A stretch of DNA of 64,000 nt, taken from contig JBFWNU010000005.1 of NCBI GenBank assembly GCA_050250895.1, positions 416,001-480,000 on the forward strand, read 5' to 3'. The DNA comes from Vulcanimicrobiota bacterium (GTDB taxonomy: Bacteria; Vulcanimicrobiota; Xenobia; Xenobiales; JADMJV01). Below are positions 1-8,539 of this stretch, one piece after another (position 1 is the stretch's first letter; each line of letters opens with the position of its first letter). The position numbers and the translations under genes were made by a program. Below the pieces are notes generated by a model. The model did no database searches. It was not told where the DNA came from and was given only the letters and a program-made list of their open reading frames with translations.

Positions 1-392
1 TCGATGACTTGCAGGTCTCGCCCGGAGTCCGCGAAATCGCGCTCAACCACCACGAACGGCCCGACGGCAAAGGCTATCCCAACGGCCTGAGCGGCGAGAA
101 CATTCCGCCCCTGGCCCGGATCGTGGCGGTGGCCGATGCCTTTGACGCCATGACTTCGCCACGCTTCAACCGTGAGGGCGACCGCGAGGTCGAAGGCCAG
201 GCCATGAAGCTCGACAAGGCCGTCTCGATCCTGCGCGAGAACGCCGGCACGCAGTTCGATGCCACGGTGGTCAACACGTTCCTCGACCAGGTTCTGCCAA
301 CCGCTCTCGAAGCCCGGGTCCAAAGTGGCGATCTCAACCCCGAGGCCCTGGCTGCTTTTCAAGCCAAATCTCAGGCCCCGCCTCAGGGCTGA
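1..392 (+). CDS. HD-GYP domain protein (c-di-GMP phosphodiesterase family), C-terminal part; 5' end lies outside the window
   Basis: HHERPDGKGYPNGL, ARIVAVADAFDAMTS and AGTQFD motifs; frame is open to the window edge. Confidence 0.9.
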   Translation, partial: DDLQVSPGVREIALNHHERPDGKGYPNGLSGENIPPLARIVAVADAFDAMTSPRFNREGDREVEGQAMKLDKAVSILRENAGTQFDATVVNTFLDQVLPTALEARVQSGDLNPEALAAFQAKSQAPPQG

Positions 393-469
393 GTTGACGC
401 GTCCCCGGCCGGAGGCTGAAGGACCCTGCAGAGGAATGGGCTTCGGCCTGCCAGAACCACAGTTCTGGA

Positions 470-2320
470 ATGAGTAAGCCTCAGCTGGATGAGGAGTCGA
501 ACCGGGGCCTTCGCCTCTTTTTACTCGGGGTTCGATTTGTAGGGCTGCTGGCGGCGTCATTGATGTCTGGGTTTCATCAGGATCCGGTCACTCTGGCCGA
601 CGACCTGGCGGGCTACGGACTGTACATCACCCTGGGGGTCGGTGCCTATCACCTGATCGCCGGTCTCCTCTCGCTCAAGGTCGAGAAAGCGCTGGCGGCT
701 TTGTTGATCATGGCCGATGTCGGCATCGGGGTGATGATGACCTATCTCTATGGTCAGCCGTATTTTATCCTGGTTTTCACCCTTCCCGTCATTGAATTGG
801 CGGCGTTTTTTGGTCACCTGGCGGCATTTTTCGCAGCCTTCCTCGGGCTGATCTTCTATGCCGTCATTTACGCCTTTCCGTTCTTGAACATGCTCGAGAA
901 CGCGCAGAATCCCCCCTATATCAAGGCCCAGCTCCACCTCTCCGGAGTTCAGGGCGCTCTCTCCGTGCTCTTGATCTGGCTTTACGCCCTGGCCGTGGCC
1001 GAGGTGGGCAAGCGTGAGACCATGGCCACCGAGGCCAAACAACAGCGGGATCTGCTCTATCAAGAGATCCAGTCAAAGACCGCCGAAGTCGGGGAGATCT
1101 ACGGCGAAGTCGGCCAGCGCGAGGCGCGGGTCATCGAGATGGAAGCCGAGATCAAATCGCTGCGAGAAGAACTCGAGGTCTCCTATCGAGACCTGGCCGA
1201 GTCCAAAATGACCCTCAATCGGCACGAGTCGGTCATGGAAGAGACTCAGAACATGCTCGCTGATGAACTCCAGCGCGAGAAAGCGGCCCTCGAACGAACG
1301 GGCTCCCGGCTCAAGCGGACCCTCGAACAGAAGACTCGCCTGCTCGAGATCTTTCAACAGATCGCGGCCAGTCTCTCGATTGACGAGACGCTGCTGGCCC
1401 TGGTCTTTCATCTACAGTCGCTCTTTCCGTCCAAGACCTGCGTCATCTTCGTGTTAGACGAAGTCGATGGGCACCGACAACTGTTTCCTGAGGTGGCTGA
1501 CTCCCCCCATACCGACTATTTCCGCACGCTGGTCTTGCAGGTGGGCGAGGAGGCGCCGGGCTGGGCGGTGGCCAGTGGGCGCAGTCTCAAGATCGACAAC
1601 CAGGTGGCTCTGGTCGAAGGGGTCGAGGTGCGCACCTTGCCCGGCCAGGGAGCCAGCGCTCTGGTGGCCCCGCTCGCCTCGCAGGCCGTTCACGGAGCGA
1701 TCTATCTCGGCCGCGAAGAGCCCGAGGCCTTCTCGCCCGAAGACCTGGCCCTGCTCGACGAGTTCGTGCACATGGCCGGTCTGGCCGTGGGCAACGCCCT
1801 CGAGTTCCGCCAGCGCATCAATCGGGGTCTCAACGACCCGGTCACCCACCTCTACAACGGCCTCTACCTTGAGGAGCGAATGAAAGAGGAGGTGCGCCGC
1901 GGCCGCCGCTACACCTATCCCGTCTCGCTGATTCTGGTCGACATCGACCGCTTCGCAGGCGTGGCCGAGCAATTGGGTCAGGAGTTTGCCGAGGGCGTCC
2001 TGCGCGAGATCGCCGAGGTGCTGCGCGAAGCCACTCGCGAGACCGACGTTCCGGCCCGGGTCGAGGGCGACGACTTCGGTGTGCTGCTGGTCCATTCGGA
2101 CCGTAACAACGCCAAGGTGATTGGCGAGCGCATTCGCTCGGAAGTGGCCGGGCGCGAGTTCGGCGTCGGTCGCAATCGAGTGCGCCTGACCGTCTCGGTG
2201 GGAGTGGCCGGCGTGCCTCATGACGCCACCACCGACGAACACCTGCGCCTGCGCGCCCACGGCGCCCTCGAGCAAGCGCAGGGAATGGGCGGCAACCAGG
2301 TCTCTTTCTACGACGGCTAG
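470..2320 (+). CDS. Membrane-bound coiled-coil/GAF/GGDEF protein with a degenerate active site (EGDDF)
   Basis: About 5 N-terminal TM helices, coiled coil, GAF-like region, DPVTHLYN, DIDRF, RETD-x5-EGDDF, TVSVGVA. Confidence 0.88.
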   Translation: MSKPQLDEESNRGLRLFLLGVRFVGLLAASLMSGFHQDPVTLADDLAGYGLYITLGVGAYHLIAGLLSLKVEKALAALLIMADVGIGVMMTYLYGQPYFILVFTLPVIELAAFFGHLAAFFAAFLGLIFYAVIYAFPFLNMLENAQNPPYIKAQLHLSGVQGALSVLLIWLYALAVAEVGKRETMATEAKQQRDLLYQEIQSKTAEVGEIYGEVGQREARVIEMEAEIKSLREELEVSYRDLAESKMTLNRHESVMEETQNMLADELQREKAALERTGSRLKRTLEQKTRLLEIFQQIAASLSIDETLLALVFHLQSLFPSKTCVIFVLDEVDGHRQLFPEVADSPHTDYFRTLVLQVGEEAPGWAVASGRSLKIDNQVALVEGVEVRTLPGQGASALVAPLASQAVHGAIYLGREEPEAFSPEDLALLDEFVHMAGLAVGNALEFRQRINRGLNDPVTHLYNGLYLEERMKEEVRRGRRYTYPVSLILVDIDRFAGVAEQLGQEFAEGVLREIAEVLREATRETDVPARVEGDDFGVLLVHSDRNNAKVIGERIRSEVAGREFGVGRNRVRLTVSVGVAGVPHDATTDEHLRLRAHGALEQAQGMGGNQVSFYDG

Positions 2321-2325
2321 CCGGG

Positions 2326-3541
2326 CTTCCGCGCGGAAGTAGCCGGCTCGTCTTCCAGCTGGAAGTAGCCCGGCCGAGTACGGCGCCACCAGGTGCCGAA
2401 TTCGGCGCTACCCAGCGCCGTACTCCAGGCCTAACTCCCACACCTGGCCCACGCCGCGCACGGCGCCGAATCGCCGCCCGGGCTTTGGCCAGCTGAGCCT
2501 GGTTGGCCGGTCTTCCGCGCGGAGCTAGCCGGCTCGTCTTCCAGCTGGAAGTGGCCCGGCCGAGGACGGCGCCACCAGGTGCCGAATTCGGCGCTACCCA
2601 GCGCCGTACTCTAGGCCTAACTCGCCACACCTGGCCCATGCCGCCAAAAGCTGCCGAATCGCCGCCCTTGGCTGGGTGGCCTCGGGCCGCCCCGCCCGTT
2701 CTTCCGCGCGGAGCTAGCCGGCTTGTCTTCCAGCTGGAAGTAGCCCGGCCGAGTACGGCGCCACCAGGTGCCGAATTCGGCGCTACCCAGCGCCGTACTC
2801 CAGGCTAACTCGCCAGACCTGGCCCATGCCGTGCACGGCGCCGAATCGCCGCCCTTGGCTGAGTGGCCTCGGGCTGCCCGGGCTTTGGCCAGCTGAGCCT
2901 GGTTGGCCGTTCTTCCGCGCGGAGCTAGCCGGCTCGTCTTCCAGCTGGAAGTAGCCGGCCGAGTATGGCACCACCAGGTGCCGAATTCGGCGCTACCCAG
3001 CGCCGTACTCTAGGCCTAACTCGCCACACCTGGCCCATGCCGCCAAAAGCTGCCGAATCGCCGCCCGGGCTTTGGCCAGCTGAGCCTGGTTGGCCGGTCT
3101 TCCGCGCGGAGCTAGCCGGCTCGTCTTCCAGTTGGAAGTAGCCCGGCCAAGTACGGCGCCACCAGGTGCCGAATTCGGCGCTACCCAGCGCCGTACTCTA
3201 GGCCTAACTCGCCACACCTGGCCCATGCCGCCAAAAGCTGCCGAATCGCCGCCTTTGGCTGGGTGGCCTCGGGCCGCCCCGCCCGTTCTTCCGCGCGGAG
3301 CTAGCCGGCTTGTCTTCCAGCTGGAAGTAGCCCGGCCGAGGACGGCACCACCAGGTGCCGAATTCGGCGCTACCCAGCGCCGTACTCCAGGCCTAACCCG
3401 CCGGACCTGGCCCATGCCGCGCACGCCGAATCGCCGCCCTTGGCTGGGTGGCCTCGGGCCGCCCCGCCCGCCGTCCGCGGGGAGCTAGCCGGCTTGTCTT
3501 CCAGCTGGAAGTGGCCCGGCCGAGTACGGCGCTGCCCAGCG
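2326..3541. repeat. Non-coding tandem array of ~187-bp palindrome-rich units (6 full plus 1 partial)
   Basis: Units begin at about 2326, 2512, 2701, 2912, 3099, 3288 and 3472; core motifs CTTCCAGCTGGAAG and GCCGAATTCGGC recur. Confidence 0.95.
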
Positions 3542-3631
3542 CAGGCCAAAGACGCCCAAACGCTGCGTCGTTCGGGTAACGAAGAGTTTACATCCGCTAC
3601 TCCATGATCGCTCCTCAAGTTGCTAAAAACA

Positions 3632-3640
3632 TGTTATAAT
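3632..3640 (+). promoter_or_regulatory. Extended -10 promoter element (TGnTATAAT)
   Basis: TGTTATAAT about 30 nt upstream of ATG 3672, with a GGAGG RBS at 3661. Confidence 0.65.
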
Positions 3641-3671
3641 TGGGCCTGTTTTAAGAATCTGGAGGCCACCA

Positions 3672-4625
3672 ATGCATATCAATCCACACCTCGGCACAGG
3701 CGCCCCGGTCGCTCGCGCGAACACTCCTTTCATGCCGCCGGCCGCTCCCCCGGCGCCCCCTCAGGCCCAGCAGGGCCCCAGCGACGGGGTCTCGCTGAAC
3801 GCCACCCCCTCCGGAGTCAAGTTTCAGGTCACGCCTTCCGTCAAAGAAGGCCAGCAAGTCTTCGCCCTCACCGTGGCCATTCCGGCCAGCCCGCTGGTAG
3901 CCGGCGGTGCTGTCATCGAGATCGTGCGTAACAGTGCTGGCCAGGTGGTCGAGAGCAAGGCCCAGGTAGGCGCCGAAGAGCGCCAGGTTCACGCGGGCGA
4001 GATGGGCAATGTGTTCGTCTCCACCGGCGACGGTCAGCCCTGGCTCTATCTCAACGACAACGCCCAGGACCCCCAAAACTTCTTGACCTACGGCATGTCC
4101 GACGCTCCCACCCGCACCCCCGACGGGGCTACCGTCCGCGAGCGTCAGGAATACGTCAAAGCCGACGGCACCCGCAACGTGGTTCACCACGAAGTGTCTC
4201 GCCCCGGCGAGCGCACTTTCACCTCGGTCGAATTCAAGCCCGATGGGACCACCTACGCCGCCAAGGTCGAAGACCACGGTGGCAAGCCGGCTGACGAGAT
4301 CGGCATCAACAACATCAGCGGCACCCTCAAGCGCTCCATGAACCTGTTCGGAGGTGGCGGGGGCTGGAAAGAGACCGCCATGAAAGCCACCGTCATCGAC
4401 GGCGGCGCCATTCGACTTACCGGCGATGCCAGTCCGGCTGATGCCAAGAAAGCTGCCCTGCGCAGCGGTCAGGCTCCCGACATGGCGATGATCAGCGGTT
4501 TCGGCACCAGTCTGTGGGGCCGGTTCCAGGGCTCGACCAACGAGATCATCGTGCCCATTTCGGCGCAGGCTCCGGCGGCGGCCAGGCCTCCTCAGATGCC
4601 GTTCATGCCACCCCCTCAGACCTAG
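3672..4625 (+). CDS. Hypothetical protein with Pro-rich termini and a beta-rich core
   Basis: 317-aa ORF with strong RBS and promoter; GC3-biased codons; no family recognised. Confidence 0.8.
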   Translation: MHINPHLGTGAPVARANTPFMPPAAPPAPPQAQQGPSDGVSLNATPSGVKFQVTPSVKEGQQVFALTVAIPASPLVAGGAVIEIVRNSAGQVVESKAQVGAEERQVHAGEMGNVFVSTGDGQPWLYLNDNAQDPQNFLTYGMSDAPTRTPDGATVRERQEYVKADGTRNVVHHEVSRPGERTFTSVEFKPDGTTYAAKVEDHGGKPADEIGINNISGTLKRSMNLFGGGGGWKETAMKATVIDGGAIRLTGDASPADAKKAALRSGQAPDMAMISGFGTSLWGRFQGSTNEIIVPISAQAPAAARPPQMPFMPPPQT

Positions 4626-4653
4626 GCTGAAGGCCCTGTCCGCTTTTGCGCGA

Positions 4654-5556
4654 ATGGGGCTGGCCATGAAGGCTAGCGAGAAAACCCTACCAACTCCTTT
4701 GGACCCGGTGGTTCCTGATTCACGGGATCCTGGATATGGGTTGGGAGCCAAGATCGGGACAAACCAGCCCGACCTGCGTAAGAATCCGGGATTGTGGCCG
4801 ATGTTCCTGGTTTACGGGCCGGGGCTGATTCGCCGGACTTTGGGTCTGGCGAGTCAGGCTGAGCAGATCGCCGATCTCGGCTGTGGCTGTGGCTGGCTGA
4901 CCCTCGAGATGGCCCGGGCCAACCGGCAAGCTGTCGTGCACGGGGTCGACAAGAACGAAAAGCTGATTCGCTGGGCCGATACCTACTATCAGCGCTTCGC
5001 CGGCAGCGGGCAAATGGGCGAGATCAGCTACACGGCCAGTGACATCTCGCTGTTCGAGCTGACTCCCGGGCGCTATGACATGATCGTGGTCTCGTTCTTG
5101 ATGAGCTGTCTGGAGAACCCCGGAGAGTTGCTCAGTCGCGCCCATCGGGCTCTTAAGCCCGGCGGCACCCTGGTCTACTACGACGCCTGCGAACCCTCCG
5201 CCGTCACCCTCGACCGCCTGGCGCGCTTGCGCCATACCCTGGCCAGAGCTCGGGGCAAGATGAGCGACCCGTGGAGCGAGCGCCGACGCCTGCAGGCGGG
5301 CTTTGCCAAAGACGCGGTGCGCCGCCAGCGCCCCGAGAAGGCGCCCCCCGAGCAGCATCTCTTTCACCGCATCGAGGAGATGTTCGAGGTCACCTACGAA
5401 ACGCGCACCCGAGCTTTCATCGATCTCAGTCTGCCGAGGATCCCCCCGCGGCGGGTAATGCTTTACGTGCCTTTCTACAAGCTCGTCGACGAGCTTTGCA
5501 TGGCCATTGGCTATCTCGAGGGCAGCTGTCGTTACGTCGTAGCCCGCAAACGCTAG
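4654..5556 (+). CDS. Class I SAM-dependent methyltransferase
   Basis: IADLGCGCG motif I, GVD, YDMIV, ALKPGGTL; start may be ATG 4666. Confidence 0.88.
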   Translation: MGLAMKASEKTLPTPLDPVVPDSRDPGYGLGAKIGTNQPDLRKNPGLWPMFLVYGPGLIRRTLGLASQAEQIADLGCGCGWLTLEMARANRQAVVHGVDKNEKLIRWADTYYQRFAGSGQMGEISYTASDISLFELTPGRYDMIVVSFLMSCLENPGELLSRAHRALKPGGTLVYYDACEPSAVTLDRLARLRHTLARARGKMSDPWSERRRLQAGFAKDAVRRQRPEKAPPEQHLFHRIEEMFEVTYETRTRAFIDLSLPRIPPRRVMLYVPFYKLVDELCMAIGYLEGSCRYVVARKR

Positions 5557-5560
5557 GGGC

Positions 5561-6139
5561 CTAGTGGGCGCCCTCGAGGATGATCTCGCTGATACAGGTG
5601 TCGGCGTAGTCGGTGCCGGGATAGGTGTCGACGATGGTCAGGCGGATCTTGTCGGGATAGCCGACTTCGGTCTGGGGCACTCGGATGGATTGGACCGAGG
5701 CCGTGTCTTTGAGGACCACCCGGCCGAGAGATTGGCCATTGAGCGAGAGTTCGAGGGTTTTGACGCGAGAGTTTTTCTTCCACAACTCGGGCGACTTGGC
5801 GTAGCCATTGACCAGACTGACTCCGTTCCAGTTGGAACGTTGCTTCTCGTCGGCGTTGCCCAGGCTCATCTCGAGCCAGGCTCCGGGGCCCCTGGGCACG
5901 GCCCAACAGGTAGAAAAGTCGACATCGGTGGCCTGCTCGGCGCCGTAAGAGAGGGCGCCGGAAGGCGTGAGCTGGCCGCTGGCCCTGGTGGTCCAGGGTA
6001 GGGCGCAGGCCAGCGAGCAGCCTCCGAAATAGCCCAGCGACTCTTCACCGGGAAAGCTCTTTTCCACCACTTCGGTGGTCAGACTGGCCGCTACCGCGGC
6101 CGCGGAAAGCAAGGTGAGAACCAGCAAGCGCAGGCGCAT
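5561..6139 (-). CDS. Secreted discoidin-like (NADase-type glycan-binding) domain protein
   Basis: Signal peptide; TCWA, NGYAKS...W..NSRVK and YPGTDYADTCISEI motifs; start overlaps pncB stop (TAATG). Confidence 0.72.
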   Translation of the reverse strand: MRLRLLVLTLLSAAAVAASLTTEVVEKSFPGEESLGYFGGCSLACALPWTTRASGQLTPSGALSYGAEQATDVDFSTCWAVPRGPGAWLEMSLGNADEKQRSNWNGVSLVNGYAKSPELWKKNSRVKTLELSLNGQSLGRVVLKDTASVQSIRVPQTEVGYPDKIRLTIVDTYPGTDYADTCISEIILEGAH

Positions 6140-7575
6140 TAGACTTCTCCTTGACCGTTTTGATCGAGCATGCGATTGCGCATCTCGAAGAGCTTGGGGC
6201 TCAGCCCCATCCAGTAGATATGGGGATTGACCCGTCGCTTGTATTCGTCGCGCAACAGGCCAAGACTTTCGACGGTGCGGGCGCGCAGTTGGGTGAGGGC
6301 GGGAAAGTCATAGACCACCTGGCCGTCGCGCAGCACCGGTTCGAGCAGCGGACGCCAGCGGGCCCCCCGGATCTTGCGGTTCATGTTGGCGTAGAGCGGG
6401 TGATAGGTCTTGACCCGCTCGCCGTCGCTCACGGTTTCGTCTTCGAGGGTGAGCATGTCGCCCACTACCTGGCCTTCTTCGTCAAAGGCCCGCCACACCT
6501 GTTTGACCCCCGGCACGGTCGTCTTCTCGGGGTTGGACGAGACTTTGATGCGCGGCTCCATCACCCCGTTGACCTCGGCGGCGGCGAGCTTGTAGACGCC
6601 GCCCAGGGCCGACTGGCCCTTGCTGGTCACCAGGTGGGTGCCGACTCCCCAAATATCGATCTTGGCGCCCTGGGAGATGAGGTTAGCGATGAGGTACTCG
6701 TCGAGATCGTTGGAGGCCACGATGCGCGCATGCTCGAGCCCGGCTTCATCGAGCATGCGGCGAGATTCTTTGCTGAGATAGGCCAGGTCGCCCGAGTCCA
6801 GGCGCACGCCGTCGAAGCGGTGGCCTTTGGCCTCGAGTTCTTTGGCCACGATGATGGCGTTGGGCATACCGCTCTCGAGGGTGTCGTAGGTGTCCACCAG
6901 CAGGGTGCAGCTGTCGGGATAACATTCGGCGTAGGTGCGAAACGCCTCGAGTTCGGTGGGGAAGGACATGATCCAGGAGTGGGCGTGGGTGCCTTTGACG
7001 GGGATGCCGTAGACCTTGCCGGCCAGGGTGTTCGAAGTGGCCGTGCAGCCCCCCAGAAAAGAGGCCCGACTGGCGCTGAGCGCACCGTCGATGCCCTGAG
7101 CCCGGCGCAGTCCGAACTCGAGCACCGAGCCGCCCCTGGAGGCCACGTACATGCGGGCGGCCTTGGTGGCGATCAGGGTCTGGAAGTTGATGATGTTGAG
7201 CAGGGCCGACTCGACCAGCTGGGCCTCCGGAATGGTGGCCTCGACGCGCAGCAAGGGCTCGCCAGGAAAGACCAGGCTGCCCTCGGGCACGGCCCGCACC
7301 GAACCCCGAAAGCGAAAGCCCTTTAGCCATTCGAGAAACTCTTCGCGAAACTGGCCGAGGCTGCGCAGATAGTCGAGCTGGTCGGGTTCGAAGCGCAGGT
7401 TGGTGAGGTAGTCCACGGCCGGCTCTAGCCCGGCGGCGATGCAGAAGCCGCCGTCATGGGGGTTGCGCCGAAAATAGAGTTCAAAGCAGGCGCGCTGGGT
7501 GGACTTGCCAGACTGGTGATAGCCGGCCAGCATGGTGAGCTGGTAGAAGTCGGTGAGAAGACTGAGATTCTCCAT
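6139..7575 (-). CDS. pncB: Nicotinate phosphoribosyltransferase
   Basis: LLTDFYQLTM, EFGLRRAQG, GTHAHSW, LVDTYD, VRLDSGDL, ASNDLDE, GGVYKL. Confidence 0.96.
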   Translation of the reverse strand: MENLSLLTDFYQLTMLAGYHQSGKSTQRACFELYFRRNPHDGGFCIAAGLEPAVDYLTNLRFEPDQLDYLRSLGQFREEFLEWLKGFRFRGSVRAVPEGSLVFPGEPLLRVEATIPEAQLVESALLNIINFQTLIATKAARMYVASRGGSVLEFGLRRAQGIDGALSASRASFLGGCTATSNTLAGKVYGIPVKGTHAHSWIMSFPTELEAFRTYAECYPDSCTLLVDTYDTLESGMPNAIIVAKELEAKGHRFDGVRLDSGDLAYLSKESRRMLDEAGLEHARIVASNDLDEYLIANLISQGAKIDIWGVGTHLVTSKGQSALGGVYKLAAAEVNGVMEPRIKVSSNPEKTTVPGVKQVWRAFDEEGQVVGDMLTLEDETVSDGERVKTYHPLYANMNRKIRGARWRPLLEPVLRDGQVVYDFPALTQLRARTVESLGLLRDEYKRRVNPHIYWMGLSPKLFEMRNRMLDQNGQGEV

Positions 7576-7657
7576 TGAGCCACCCTGTTAGGCAATCGCC
7601 TCCAACCTCCTGTTGGGGTTCGAAGGGTCGCCTGGCGGGCTGGTTGAAAGGCCTGCC

Positions 7658-8539
7658 ATGGTTTATGCAATGGAAGAGCTGGCCTGGGGCGAGGTGCGTC
7701 GCCTGGGCCATCGCGGTGCCCTGTTCATGCTGCCGATCGGACCGCTCGAAGACCACGGTCCGCACCTGCCCTGCGGCGTCGACTGGTTCACCGCCCGCGA
7801 GATGACCCGTGAGCTGGCCGAGACCTTGTCTCGAAAGCGCCAGGTCGAGGTGGTGGTGTTGCCTTGCCTGGCCCTGGGAGCGAGTATGCTCTATAGCCTG
7901 GGGTGCGTGCGCATTCCCATGACGACCATGGGCAAAGTGGTGGAGAAGATGGGAATGGAGCTGGCCCGCGAGGGAGTACGCAAGACGGTGGTGGTGACCA
8001 CCCACGGGGCCATCAGCCACCTGGCCGTGCTCGACCGAGCCTGCGCCCGGGTCACCCGCAACTCTCGCATGCAGATGATCAGCCCCTGTCGCGAGATCAT
8101 CATGCACTTTCTTTCGGGCGGGCTTCGCCAAGAGTTAGAAACGGCGCTGGGGCGCAATCTGGGGGAAGAGGCGTGGCAGTCGCTCACCAGCGACTATCAC
8201 GCTGGCGCCTGGGAGACGGGCTTGATGCTTCGCTATCGCCCCGAGCTGGTGGCCGACTTCCATCGCGAGTTGCCGCCCCATCGAGTCGAGGTCGGAGCCC
8301 TCACCGGACTGCGTGGGCTCAACACCCATCGCGGCTATTTTGGGGACCCGGCTCTGGGCAGCAAAGAGTTAGGCGACGTAGCCGCCGAGGTCCTGATCGA
8401 CCGCGGGGTCAAGGTCCTCGAGGAGTTTCTCGACCGTCCCCAGCAACCGTCTTCCAACCGCTGGTGGGCCTGGGCTGCGGCCGCCCTGGTGGGGGTCAGC
8501 CTAGGAGTGGCCTACCAGCGGGGAAAGTCGGATGAGTAA
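7658..8539 (+). CDS. Creatininase/creatinine amidohydrolase family protein with a C-terminal TM helix
   Basis: LPIGPLEDHGPHLP.G.D, THG, DYHAG.WET, GYFGDP; start at 7658 or 7670. Confidence 0.85.
   Translation: MVYAMEELAWGEVRRLGHRGALFMLPIGPLEDHGPHLPCGVDWFTAREMTRELAETLSRKRQVEVVVLPCLALGASMLYSLGCVRIPMTTMGKVVEKMGMELAREGVRKTVVVTTHGAISHLAVLDRACARVTRNSRMQMISPCREIIMHFLSGGLRQELETALGRNLGEEAWQSLTSDYHAGAWETGLMLRYRPELVADFHRELPPHRVEVGALTGLRGLNTHRGYFGDPALGSKELGDVAAEVLIDRGVKVLEEFLDRPQQPSSNRWWAWAAAALVGVSLGVAYQRGKSDE

Noticed and set aside
2326-3541. CRISPR array, IS or MITE
   Set aside because: Variable parts are two recurring alleles rather than unique spacers; no terminal inverted repeats with target duplication and no transposase
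2503-3618. ORFs within the first repeat array
   Set aside because: Translations merely mirror the DNA repeat, units shift frame, and there is no RBS or codon bias
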